DNA of 53,335 nucleotides, filler included, from Basidiobolus ranarum (taxonomy: Eukaryota): assembly GCA_040143965.1 (NCBI GenBank). It is 3 parts of 3 records of this genome, joined end to end, with 100 filler letters (N's around TTAATTAATTAA, not from the genome) between each part and the next. Parts side by side here need not be neighbours in the genome. Positions count along the whole stretch, not along the records: positions 1 to 17,732 come from JASJQH010000294.1; positions 17,833 to 35,555 come from JASJQH010000295.1; 1 more part is not named here. One strand, written 5' to 3'. Positions 12,791 to 24,673 of the stretch are shown piece after piece (position 1 is the stretch's first letter; each line of letters begins with the position of its first letter). The translations under genes and the position numbers were made by a program. The notes under the pieces were generated by a model. The model did no database searches. It worked only from the letters and a program-made list of their open reading frames with translations, and was not told the DNA's origin.

Positions 12791-14090
12791 ATGGCTTATA
12801 CTGAATCTCAGTTAAATGTTCTGCAATATGTGACTAAAGTTACGGCTTCTCTAAGTCTCGTTGGGACCATTACAAGTATATGCGTGAGTATCTCATAGTC
12901 ATTTTCGTGAAAAGTGCCAGCTTACAAATTGAATCCCAACTGTAGGCCTTTTTATTTTGGAGGCGATTCCAAACAGCAACTGCTCGTTTGGTATTTTTCA
13001 TGGCCATTTCGGACTTGATGTCGGTCACTGCTAAATTCATTGGAAGGTAGGTTACGGTCTATTCAAGACATTCAGTTAGCTTCTACCTCTCTACTTGAAA
13101 AATGCTTACAATTTACTAATCAGATGGGGTATCGCAGCCGGAACCGATAGCTTTCTATGCCAGTTCCAGGCAGGCGCCATGCAATGGGGTGATATTTCAT
13201 CAATTCTATGGACGGCTATGATTTCCCTTAATTTGGTATTTATCTTGTACATGGAGCTTGGTCTTGAGGACGTTTTGAAATTCGAGAAATATTACGTCGT
13301 TATCTGCTATTCCGCAGGAATTGTAATGGCCGTGGTGCCATTATTTATTGATAGCAATGATGGGAAAAATCTGTATGGGGATGCCACAATATGGTCAGTG
13401 ATGAGGTGGCTTCAACGTGTTTGCTTACCTGTTCTCACACTTTCTATGCAAATTAGGTGCTGGATTACAGGTACACATCCATATCATCAGCTAGCCTTTC
13501 TATTTATACCGCTTTGGATCATTTTTGCATTCAATTTGATCATATACCTTTGGGTTGGCCGCCTCATATGGCAAAAATCAAAAGATGTAACTGGGTGAGT
13601 AGTTGTGATAGCTAACTGTGTCAAATCAAGAATTCGCAACTAACTAATGAACAGATCTAGTCTTACTCACTATAAGTATGTATACGGGAAAAATGTGTCT
13701 TTGTACTTGCTTGCGTTTATCATTGTATGGTAAGTATTTGTTTACTGAAAGAATCCTCTGTTGGCGTCTCATCTAATCATCTTCTATAGGACACCTGGCA
13801 CCTTAAACAGGATTTATCTCATGAGTACCGGCGATTCCTTTTTCCCGTTCGCATTATTGCAAGCAGTATTCTCTCCATTAAGGGGGTTCATCAATTTTGC
13901 TGCATATTTCTACCTGACATGGTTTATGCAGGTTAGAGATGAAGAACGTCGAAGCCGCTCTCGTAGTAATGGTTTCCAAAAGCATTCCACACCAAGATCA
14001 GAATATTCCATAGATATACCATTAACACCAAGCTATACTCATCGGGACAATTACAAACACGTTACACTGAGTAGAGGTTCTTTATACTAA
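12791..14090 (+). CDS. 7TM GPCR, cAMP-receptor-like (CAR/CRL, Git3-related); about 6 exons
   Basis: Spliced protein MAYTESQLNVLQYVTKVTASLSLVGT...RLVFFMAISDL...LCQFQA...SILWTAMISLNL...EKYYVVICY...YGDATIW|CWI...LYLLAFIIVWTPGTLNRIY...PLRGFINFAAY; canonical GT-AG junctions. Confidence 0.85.
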
Positions 14091-14473
14091 AGTTCGAAAG
14101 GCAACTCCGTAACATACGATTCTTGCTGGTACCACGTTGTATCTTCCTTATTCTTTGAACCTAGATGTTGCAAGCTACAGTCTGAGATATATACTTTACA
14201 ACTTCTGTATCTGGATTGAAAAGGCTCCTTAATTTATAATTGATCACTCGCTAAACTCCATGTAAACATTTCGCTAATAAAATCATTTAATATAGAATAT
14301 TTATTTGAGTGTTTGAAGTGGTATTTATCGTGTTTTGATTGGATAATCATCGAATATCGAACAATTATTAGCTTTACAGGTAATGTTTTCAAAATTCTGG
14401 TGGTTAACAGTATTTACCAGACCAGTGCATGAGAGATTAAGGTACAGAAACGAATACTACTAGGACAATCAGT

Positions 14474-15529
14474 TTATAAGAGCCTCTTAATCTCGTCGTC
14501 CTCCTGGGTCTTGATCTCGGTATCTTTGAATGAGTCGGAAGATAAGCTGTCATCTTCCGAAGGTTTAAGTGCGAAAATCTTGGAAACGCCTCTTACAAAT
14601 TTATTGGAAATTCCATCATCGATAGAGGAACTTAGAGTGTACTGCCGAGTCATTTTTTGACGGAACGAGTACCAGACTGAGTGAAGAGCAGGGTCCAGGC
14701 AGAATACAAGGGCGTTGAGGAATCCTTGAGAAGCATCGCAAATCTGGGTTGTTTGTGGGCTCCATGGAGGAATTGGTTGATCCTTGCGAATATATACAAA
14801 TGTGATGACAAGCACAATCGGAAATCGAACCAGAACTATCACAATAGGATAGAATATAATTCTGGCCACCATCAAATTAACCATTTTTTGCTGACGAAGC
14901 GACTTTCTTGAGGATTCCATATCCTCAGGGTCACTGTAAACTCTGCGTCGAAAGTAAATCCTTTGCCTGAACAAATGAATCAGGATCAATATTAGCACCA
15001 CTGTGCAGAAGACCACACACGATAGTGAAGGTATCACGTAAGTCATCAGCTGCCATATACGCGTACTAGTACTCTTCTCATTAATAAACCAACAAGTCCG
15101 GGCAACAGGATCAGCACCAATAACCCCAAAGGCTGCGGGCAAAGTGGCAAGAGTGAATGCAAGGCAAAACACAGCAAGGAAATAGAATCTTTCCAAGTTC
15201 ATAGCGTTCCGTCTTCCTCTCACAAATATGAGATATAAATTCAAAACAATAGCGATGTTTAAGAAGCAGAAAGAGTTGAATGCAAATAGATATATCCACA
15301 TACAAAATGTAGACACCCAGCCAACTTTCTGATAGTTGGCCCAGATACTTGCTGAAGTAAATAGAGCATCTGATATCAGCATAGCTAAGGTCAAACGAAT
15401 GCTCACACGGTTTACCGATTCTTTGTTATAGTACCATATGATAACGATGACCGTTGCCACCAAGAGGGAAGAGGTTATTGAAAGTGCACATAGGATGTTA
15501 TGGACTTTGTTATATGTTGGATAGTCCAT
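14474..15529 (-). CDS. 7TM GPCR-like protein (CAR/Git3-like), intronless
   Basis: 351-aa ORF with seven hydrophobic segments; NRVSIRLTLAMLISD, IAIVLNL, ERFYF, CWF, RIIFYP, QGFLNALVFCLDP. Confidence 0.82.
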   Translation of the reverse strand: MDYPTYNKVHNILCALSITSSLLVATVIVIIWYYNKESVNRVSIRLTLAMLISDALFTSASIWANYQKVGWVSTFCMWIYLFAFNSFCFLNIAIVLNLYLIFVRGRRNAMNLERFYFLAVFCLAFTLATLPAAFGVIGADPVARTCWFINEKSTSTRIWQLMTYVIPSLSCVVFCTVVLILILIHLFRQRIYFRRRVYSDPEDMESSRKSLRQQKMVNLMVARIIFYPIVIVLVRFPIVLVITFVYIRKDQPIPPWSPQTTQICDASQGFLNALVFCLDPALHSVWYSFRQKMTRQYTLSSSIDDGISNKFVRGVSKIFALKPSEDDSLSSDSFKDTEIKTQEDDEIKRLL

Positions 15530-15569
15530 GATGCTTGTGATGATGCTTATGATGATGCTTGTGATGATG
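15528..15569. repeat. Short 12-bp tandem repeat (ATGATGCTTRTG, about 3.5 units) immediately upstream of the GPCR start
   Basis: atgatgcttgtg atgatgcttatg atgatgcttgtg atgatg read directly. Confidence 0.7.
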
Positions 15570-16339
15570 GGTAAAGAGCGTCTTCAAGAACGAAGCTGTC
15601 ATATTTATTTTTTACTTGATTATAAGCCAGACATTATCTTGGATGCCCCCTGACTCAATCTCACCACAGCCAAGCCTGATTGCTAAACCATAAATAAGCC
15701 TTCAAGTTGTGCATTGAGTTGTTCAGGTGACCCACCGCCAGGGTAACATGTTTCGTAGAGATAATCCTTAGCCTAAGGGCTATTGATAGTAACTCTGACA
15801 CAGTGGGCTGTGCTAAAGATGAAACCTAATTATTCTCATTACTGCCCTAATTTGGCTTGATTTACTAATTTGGCTTCAACTTGAGACGCTTTTCTTGCTG
15901 GTATTTCTGCTATTTATGTGTGCAATGACCCTGTTTTGTTATGATAATCTACATTTTTTAGTCTCAGCCACCTTGTAGACTATAGTTTCTCAAAAGTTTC
16001 GCAAAAGTTTCGCACCGTCTTTGTATATAGCAATGACATAGAAGATTGAATCATAACCCGGCAAAGCATACAACTATGACAAAAATGACATTTTGTATCG
16101 TACTTCAATTATTGGTAGTTTGGATCGAAACATTCATTTATCTGGAACCACAACAAGTTAATCAACAGTATAGCTCTTCTAGAACTAAGTCGCTACGTTC
16201 ATCATCAAAATACATACTATTCCTTTTTTTATTGTATTTGATAAACTTGTGAAAATACAAAAAGAATAAAACTAGCGCTCAAAAATACAATTGTTCAACT
16301 CAGTATCCGAAGTGCTCTAATACTCTAGCTTTCCTAAAC

Positions 16340-17016
<677 letters not shown>

Positions 17017-17378
17017 ATTGAATCTTAAAAATGGAAGGTTAACTGTATTAATAACTAAGCTTGGTTGCCTTGGGAAGAATTACTATTATTCACATTTCTA
17101 TCTACCCCTAAGATACCCTACCTAGAATATTACGGAATTAATTGCTAGATCCATCTTAAATCACACTTAGATTATGTCGCAATTTAAGCAAGTTTACTAA
17201 AAATTTAAAAAAAATCCAGAGTCGTAATTGTGAGATCGTATACGAGAAGCATAAATTTTCGAAAAAAAAAAGAGGGTGGAAAATTTTTAAGGGGGATAGA
17301 GATGAGTAGGGAAATAAAAATAGATGGGTGATTGAAAATAAACTTCCTCTTTGCCCTTTTACTTCTTTTTTTTTGAAG

Positions 17379-17491
17379 GTGAGTCTATCGATCTCATGAA
17401 TGCAGCCATCCATTTTTTTGTTTAAAAAAGCATTCATTTTCCAGTAAAAATCTCTTCTATACAACCATGCTAACCAATTCCTCTTTCATAG
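17379..17491 (+). other. Probable 5'-UTR intron of RPL15
   Basis: AAG|GTGAGT donor at 17379, branch point GCTAAC near 17469, pyrimidine tract and CATAG acceptor ending 17491, 19 nt before the ATG. Confidence 0.7.
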
Positions 17492-17510
17492 TCGGTAGCA
17501 AACGCTAAGC

Positions 17511-17732
17511 ATGGGTGCCTACAAGTATATTGAAGAGTTGTACAAGAAGAAGCAATCGGACGTTATGGGCTTTTTGCTCCGCGTCCGTTGTTGGGAATAC
17601 AGACAATTGAACGTCATCCACCGTGCTTCTCGTCCTTCCCGTCCCGACAAGGCTCGTCGTTTGGGTTACAAGGCCAAGCAAGGTTACGTTATCTACCGTA
17701 TCCGTGTTCGTCGTGGTAACCGCAAGAGACCT
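17511..17732 (+). CDS. RPL15: 60S ribosomal protein eL15, 5' part (cut by contig end)
   Basis: [33 protein letters not shown]...[31 protein letters not shown] is the canonical eL15 N-terminus. Confidence 0.98.
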
Positions 17733-17832
17733 NNNNNNNNNNNNNNNNNNNNNNNNNNNNNNNNNNNNNNNNNNNNTTAATTAATTAANNNNNNNNNNNN
17801 NNNNNNNNNNNNNNNNNNNNNNNNNNNNNNNN
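17733..17832. other. Artificial contig-joining spacer
   Basis: 44 N + TTAATTAATTAA (stop codons in all six frames) + 44 N = 100 nt. Confidence 0.97.
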
Positions 17833-18128
17833 TGGAAAAGGCTGTGACGCAACATGGAGACAAAGGTGGAGCTGCAGATGGTTTGGAAATCGATTCCCAG
17901 AACCGACTCTACATAACAAACATTGAGCATAACTCAATCAATAGATACTATGCTGATACTGGCAGAATCGAACCTTTCGTTCGAGATCCTAGAATTATAT
18001 GGCCAGACACGATGCAAGTCACTGACGGCTATCTGTATTGGATTGCCAATCAGATTAACCGACAGAATGGCACCAGACCTTTCTATTTGTTCAGAGTTCC
18101 AATTGATGCTAAAAGAGTACTTCACTAG
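17833..18128 (+). CDS. Yellow / major royal jelly protein (MRJP) family beta-propeller, C-terminal fragment
   Basis: GDKGGAADGLEIDSQNRLYITNIEHNSI...FVRDPRIIWPDTMQVTDGYLYWIANQINRQ...PFYLFRVPID fits the MRJP C-terminal pattern (DG...D...LY; DPRxxWPD; NQLxRQ). Confidence 0.85.
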
Positions 18129-18768
18129 TGGTAACTTTCGCTATATATTTCCAAGGACTTGGTTATACAGTAAAATAAACCACTAAACACTTCAATTGCT
18201 CTATTAAATCCATCATACCTGAATTCGAATTAAGAACATATACCCTTTTTGTTGCTTTCTGATGTAGACGCGAGGACCAATTTGGCCATCAATATTATGT
18301 CCATAAATCTTACTATTTCCAATCTCTCAAAGGTAACATAGAGACAGTTAATAAGCTATTTCAGCTGAATATAGTAGGCGTTTTAATGCCCCCTTGTCAC
18401 TGATATGACGCACTTTGAGCTTCAAGTATATAAGTTGATATCAAAGACCTCGCTATTACTTGAACTACATTATCATCTCTTACATTGACGGCAGAGCATT
18501 CTGGATATCATATACATATTTCCTGATGAGCAATGGAAAGCGCAGTAGTAGTAATTGTAGATAGTTGTGAGATAGCAAGAATCATTACTCGTGTGGGGAT
18601 ATTAAAATTGATACTAACATTTACCATGGGCCTCATACTGATACCATCAATACTGCCAACAATTGTTATCATCACCTAGCCCTTTAAACACTACTGAGGT
18701 AGGAATTCCAAAGTATGACTGAAATGTTACCTAACTAATGATATTTTGTTTTAAGAATATATCTATAC

Positions 18769-19046
18769 TATTGAAATTAACATAGCCTAAACATCGATAT
18801 AGTCATGTATAGCTTAGCATTTAGTTATTCCGTATTGAACTAAGATATCACCTACTATTCAAAATCCAAATTTATTTGGAGGATTTTGAAACTTGTCCTA
18901 GAGGCCCAAACTTTGCACACATGTTTCTGAGACCTTGCTTAACAAAACCATAAGTAGCAACTTTCTACTCAATAAATCAACAAGTGAAATCCACAAACTC
19001 TTCAAACTGTCCAAACCACTTCTGATAACTCCAAAATTGTTCAACT
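18769..19046 (+). mobile_element. Degenerate solo LTR, copy A
   Basis: Begins TATTGAAATTAACATAGCCTAAAC; shares CCAAACTTTGCACACATGTT, CAATAAATCAA and CCAAACCACTTC with the other copies; ends near TTCAAC. Strand is tentative (AATAAA orientation). Confidence 0.72.
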
Positions 19047-19174
19047 AAAATAACGTGTCAGGCAGGGCTCGGAAGGTATGTGAGAGTATATTAAGCTCTT
19101 GTGGAGTTAGTTTGGATGTTCCGAAATTTCCAGTGCAACTTTGCTAATTCTGAGATATTCAACCTGGATGTATC

Positions 19175-19521
19175 TGTTGAAGTATTTTAGTAGTGTGTTG
19201 AAAGTAGTTAGGAGGACTAGAAGAATTGGTGGTTTTCACTTATTAACTTATTGAATAGAAAGTTGACATTTATAGTTTTGTCAAGAGGTTAATAGAGAAT
19301 GTGTAGAATATGTCAAGGAAGGTCCTAGAAACATATGTGCAAAGTTTGGGACTTCCAGTACATATTTGAAAAATCAGTATATCTGAGATCATTGAAGTGG
19401 TGTCAATATTCTAAGTAAGTTTCTCTTGAGAATAGTGGGCAATATCTTAGTGAAGTATGAAACAACTAAATACTAAGCTATATATAACTATGTAGGTGTT
19501 TAGGCTATGCTAATTTCAACA
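19175..19521 (-). mobile_element. Solo LTR, copy B, with perfect 5-bp target-site duplication GTATC
   Basis: GTATC|TGTTGAAGTA...CTAATTTCAACA|GTATC: TG...CA termini with short inverted ends and a 5-bp TSD. Confidence 0.85.
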
Positions 19522-22059
19522 GTATCAATGTATGGGTTCCTTTTTTGACTTGAGATGTTTACATATTCAATCACTAAACAAGAATCCTGTGACTAGGAGT
19601 ATATTTACTTGTCATTATATACACACCTCTGTCAGGCTCAGATTGGCTAGACCACATATTAAAGACTACTTTGATTGTCAGAGTAGTTGACCACAAGAGG
19701 TTGTCAGTTGGTACATGCTCAATAAAACACCAATTTCAATTTACCTGTATGTTCATTACCACTAACACTAGCCCCAAACCTCGATATAGTAAGTCTAAAC
19801 TCAACCTCCTCTGTATTTATATTAGTATGTGATTCTAAAACTATGATCAAGCCCGTTGCAGCTTTCTTCTTAAAATACACCAGAGTAGAAATAGCGCAAT
19901 TCAAAATATCGAAAACCATAAAGCTTACTGCAGCTTTCATTTATCTCGCTATATAATAAAAGATCATCTTTGAAGCGATAGATTAAGCATTAATCCATCT
20001 TCTGCAAAGGAATTGATGTGGTAGGCTCTAGTGATATTCCACAAATGGTTTATTAATACCCAATTATAGAGAGAACTAGAATTCGTAAATATTCAATTTC
20101 ATCTCTATACCGGAGGTTTCTGACCTTGACATACTCCACAAGGGTGTTACGAGCAAAAAATTATGCGTGATTTCACACCTATTACTTACCGAATGGCAGT
20201 TATCAACCACTTTTAAACTTTTACTAGCTTTTTGATAACCAAGGCTGGAGCTTTTACCAGTTTCAAACACATATTCTTAGCAACCTGTACAATAAGGTTC
20301 GTAAGGTTGGGGCCAAGGCGGACTCAAACATGATCAATGTCGTTATTGATGTTTCATCAGCTAAACCTGATATTGATCCCATTAAAACACCGAGGAATAG
20401 ATAACCTAACGATGGGAAAATGACTAATACCTACCAGAACTATACCGACACTAGTGAGATCGATACTGTGGACTAACGGCTCATTTTTGGATGACTATCT
20501 AATTTTAGCAGATTCAATAAAGCCCTTTTATGGTAATGGCTGTAAATGAAGCATAATAATTTAGCAGCTTCATAATACTGGTAATATCAACAGGGCAAGG
20601 AATCAAACCCCAGCGGGTGTGGTTATCTCAAAACCTTCTCGAGCTGCAGCTATCCACGACAAGAAGGGACTGCTTATATGACTGCACACGAGACCAGCGA
20701 TATCGTGCAGTAAACCAGCAACACACTCCATGTACTAGTTTCGCTGATCGATAAGCTTGTAAATAGTCCAGTTGTAGAGGCATAAGAAAGTTCAACTACC
20801 CCAAGTAAAACCACACGCAGTTTTGTGGCAGAGTATTGGTGGACAGAGAGAGGACCAAGTGTTCTTTTATATGTATATGGGGCAGCAAAATTCCGTTTCA
20901 ACTGCTATTTCCATTTATCACAGATGGCACTATAAATCTTCCGATTGCAAGAGTTCACTTGTCTCTGGAACGCGTATACGATGTTGATTAGTCTAATCAG
21001 GATGTTTGGCCACAATCATTGTCTTTTACAGTTAATCGATTTGAATCCGGTAGCACAAAGCAAAGCGATTCAATTATTGAAATGTAGAGTCTGTAAGCCC
21101 ACCAGATAAATTGTGCTTTGGAAAGAGACCAGATCAACCGGCATCACGTTTGGATCAATAGAAATTACTGAGCATCTAGATGTTGGGCTGGAGGATAAAT
21201 TTGGTACTGACAAACTAATGTTATGAGATAGATAATGTTACATCTTATTCAAAAGATGTTCCAAAACCTGAAAACCCCTTGGAATGTCAAAAGTAGATCA
21301 AGCCACAGAGGTCGAGCCATAGCTATTAATCGAAGCAATCTGGCCCTTTTAATCATTCCTTATTTTCTGTTAATAAAACCCATCTTTTACACTATTTCTA
21401 AATTCATTCAATCTGGTGGCACCAATACCAGTCGAGAGGGTATCGGATAATCCATGGATTCGATTTCTCAGATGGATCCGTTTTGTGTCCTAACAAGTAC
21501 TGAGATAGCCGGCATTGCCCCAGCTTTCTGACTGAATCACCGTCACATATGGATTTGACTCGCCCTACGTAACCTCTCTCGATTTAAATCGCCTACACTT
21601 TCACAAGCTTCGAAAGTACATTTCTCAGACAATCCAGTGCTAGTGAGCTATTTGAGATGCCACCGCTCCTGACCACTTGGTCGACTATACGTTTAGAGGC
21701 TCCGATGTTCCAGGGCGCTATTTGCCATATCAACTGCTGGTAGCTCTCTGATCCTAGCTAGCTCTACATCGTCCATAGCTATTGGGTTTTCATCATGAAG
21801 TCAATCGGAACTGATATAATTCTCTGATCTTAACCTATTCATTCATTGGCTAAGTTGTCATTGACAATTCCGAAATCTCGTCCAACTTGATATGTTCTCG
21901 AATGCATATCTGGCGTCCAATGGCAACGAGGTGCCCGTGGAGTATATAATGTAGCCGAGAATCACCCAAAATCATCACACCCCATATTCTTTTGCAATTG
22001 ACTCTAACGCGTCATCCCTTGCTCCATTTCATTTAATCTTGCAAATACCCAAAACGAAA

Positions 22060-24195
22060 ATGGCCCAAAAACGCGACGTCCATAGACCCCTTCTTTTTGA
22101 AATTGCTTGGGAAGTTGCTAACAAAGGTGTGTATTGACACGACTGAGTCTATACTTTTTTCGTTTGCTAACCTTTCTAATTTCTGTTTAGTTGGTGGAAT
22201 CTACACCGTTATCAAGACTAAAGCCCCTGTCACCGTAAAGGAATATGGAGATCGCTTCACTCTTATCGGACCTCTTAATTGGAAGACTGCTCCTATGGAG
22301 GTTGAAAGCCTCGAACCAGCTACCCAAGAAATGAAGGATACCTTGAAAAGCATGGAAGACGCTGGCATCAAATACATCTATGGTCGTTGGTTGGTCGAAG
22401 GTGCACCCAATGTTCTTCTCTTTGATATCATGTCCGCCCTCAACAAGGTTGATGAGTGGAAGGCAGATATCTGGAAGATCGCTGGAATTCCTTCTCCTGC
22501 AAATGATTCCGAAACAAATGATGCTATTCTTTTCGGTTATCTTGTTGCTTGGTTTTTGGAAGAGGTTAGTTCCATCAGCAGACGACTATCATTTGTCTTC
22601 ATTCATTGACTTTTGAAATATTTTAGTTTGTTCGTCGTCAACGTCACACTGCTGTTATCGCCCATTTCCATGAATGGCTTGCCGGTGTTGGTTTAGTTCT
22701 TTGCAGAAAACGTCAAATTGATGTTGCCACCATCTTTACTACCCATGCTACTCTTCTTGGCAGATATCTCTGTGCTGGTAATGCCGACTTCTATAACTGT
22801 CTACGTGATTTCGATGTCGATCATGAAGCCGGAAAGCGCGGAATCTACCATCGCTACTGCTTGGAAAGAGCATCTGCTCATTGTGCTGATGTGTTCACCA
22901 CCGTTTCTCACATCACAGCCTATGAGGCAGAACACTTGCTCAAAAGAAAGCCCGATGGTGTACTACCAAACGGTTTGAACGTAGTTAAATTCAGTGCTAT
23001 GCATGAGTTCCAAAATCTACACGCAATTGCCAAGGACAAGATCAATGACTTTGTTAGGGGACACTTCTACGGTCATTACAACTTTGACCTTGAAAACACC
23101 GTTTATTTCTTCACTGCTGGTCGCTACGAATTCCGTAATAAGGGAGTTGATATGTATATTGAGTCATTAGCTAGACTTAACCAACGCCTTAGAAACTCTG
23201 GCTCTAAGACTACTGTGGTTGCTTTCATCATCATGCCTGCTCAAACTCAATCATATACCGTTGATACTTTGAAGGGCCAGGCCGTTACTAAACAGTTAAA
23301 GGATACTGTTGAACAAATTCAAAAGAACATTGGAGAAAGACTCTTTGAAGCTGCTGCTAGAGGACAAGAACCTAAGGATTGCGGAGATCTTCTCTCTGAA
23401 GAGGAAAAGGTTCTTCTCAAGCGTCGTGTCTTCGCCCTCAAGCGCAACAACTTGCCTTCCATTGTGACCCACAATCTTGCTGACGATGCCAACGATCAAG
23501 TATTGAACGCCCTCCGTCAAAATCATCTCTTCAACTTCGATGGAGACCGTGTCAAGGTCATCTTCCACCCCGAATTTTTGAACTCCAACAACCCTGTTCT
23601 TGGTCTCGATTATGAAGATTTCGTCCGTGGTTGCCATTTGGGTGTGTTTGCCTCCTACTACGAACCTTGGGGTTATACTCCAGCTGAGTGCACAGTAATG
23701 GGTGTTCCTTCCATCACTACTAACCTTTCTGGTTTCGGATGTTACATGGAGGATAACATTGAAAATCCTTCTGATTACGGTATCTACATTGTCGATCGCC
23801 GGATGAAGGGCGTAGACGAGTCTATCGACCAGTTGTGTAATCAAATGTTCGAGTTTTGCCAAAAGACCCGTCGTCAACGTATCAACCAACGTAATCGTAC
23901 CGAGCGTTTAAGTGATTTGTTAGATTGGAAACGCCTCGGTATTGAATATATGAAGGCTAGACAATTGGCATTGAGAAGATGTTACTCGGATTCTTTCTCA
24001 GGTGAGGATGCATTTGGTGATGATGATCATCACAAGATCCCTAGACCCCTTTCCGTCCCTGGATCACCCAAAGCCACCTTTGATACTCTGGAAGAATTCC
24101 CCATTGACCAAGCAGTGAATGCACTTTCATTAAGCAATGATCAAGAGGATGAAGATGATCGTCCTGCCCTTCCTTTGAAGAATAAGTTCAATTAA
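22060..24195 (+). CDS. GSY: Glycogen synthase (GT3); 3 exons
   Basis: [91 protein letters not shown]; phosphosite tail [11 protein letters not shown]. Confidence 0.98.
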
Positions 24196-24673
24196 GGTTT
24201 TATCACTCACATACGCTACATTTGGTGTACTCAAATATTACTCTCACCTTTCGCTGCATACCTACGAAATTGTTTTGATCATACAGTTCAATCACCACCC
24301 TTCTTTTACAAAATTTCTCATCACTCTTCACCCCTTCAGCCTATACGTTTAACATTCTCCTGTTATGTCGATGTCGTTGTATATGTCTAAAATTTTATTA
24401 TAAAATAATCTATTCTTCACATGAATTATTCGAACGTAGTCAGTGGCATTCACTCACGTGATAAGGGATGGGATAGGACAGCGACTAAGAAAGGACAATC
24501 TGAGTGAATATTCGGAACATGGAAAACTACTGGGCTGGTCTGTCAAAATGCGACTCACCATTGGTAAATTGAACCCAGGTTTAGCAAGCCAATGACACAG
24601 TCAACTGAATCCGAGCTGTACACGATTGAAAAATCGGGCCAATTTGAGGGTGATCAGGTCAGGACAGGGTGGG

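Noticed and set aside
17156..17464. 102-aa minus-strand ORF between SKP1 and RPL15
   Set aside because: Low-complexity AT-rich promoter and leader-intron sequence.
17777..17788. TTAATTAATTAA palindrome as a biological site (PacI or piggyBac target)
   Set aside because: It sits centred in fixed-length N runs and repeats identically at 35600-35611, so it is an assembly linker.
18769..19521. A single MITE/foldback element with long TIRs and a TA target duplication
   Set aside because: The right arm has its own 5-bp TSD and TG...CA ends, and the arms occur singly elsewhere.
23296..23889. 197-aa antisense ORF inside glycogen synthase
   Set aside because: Shadow frame of a codon-biased gene; no motifs.
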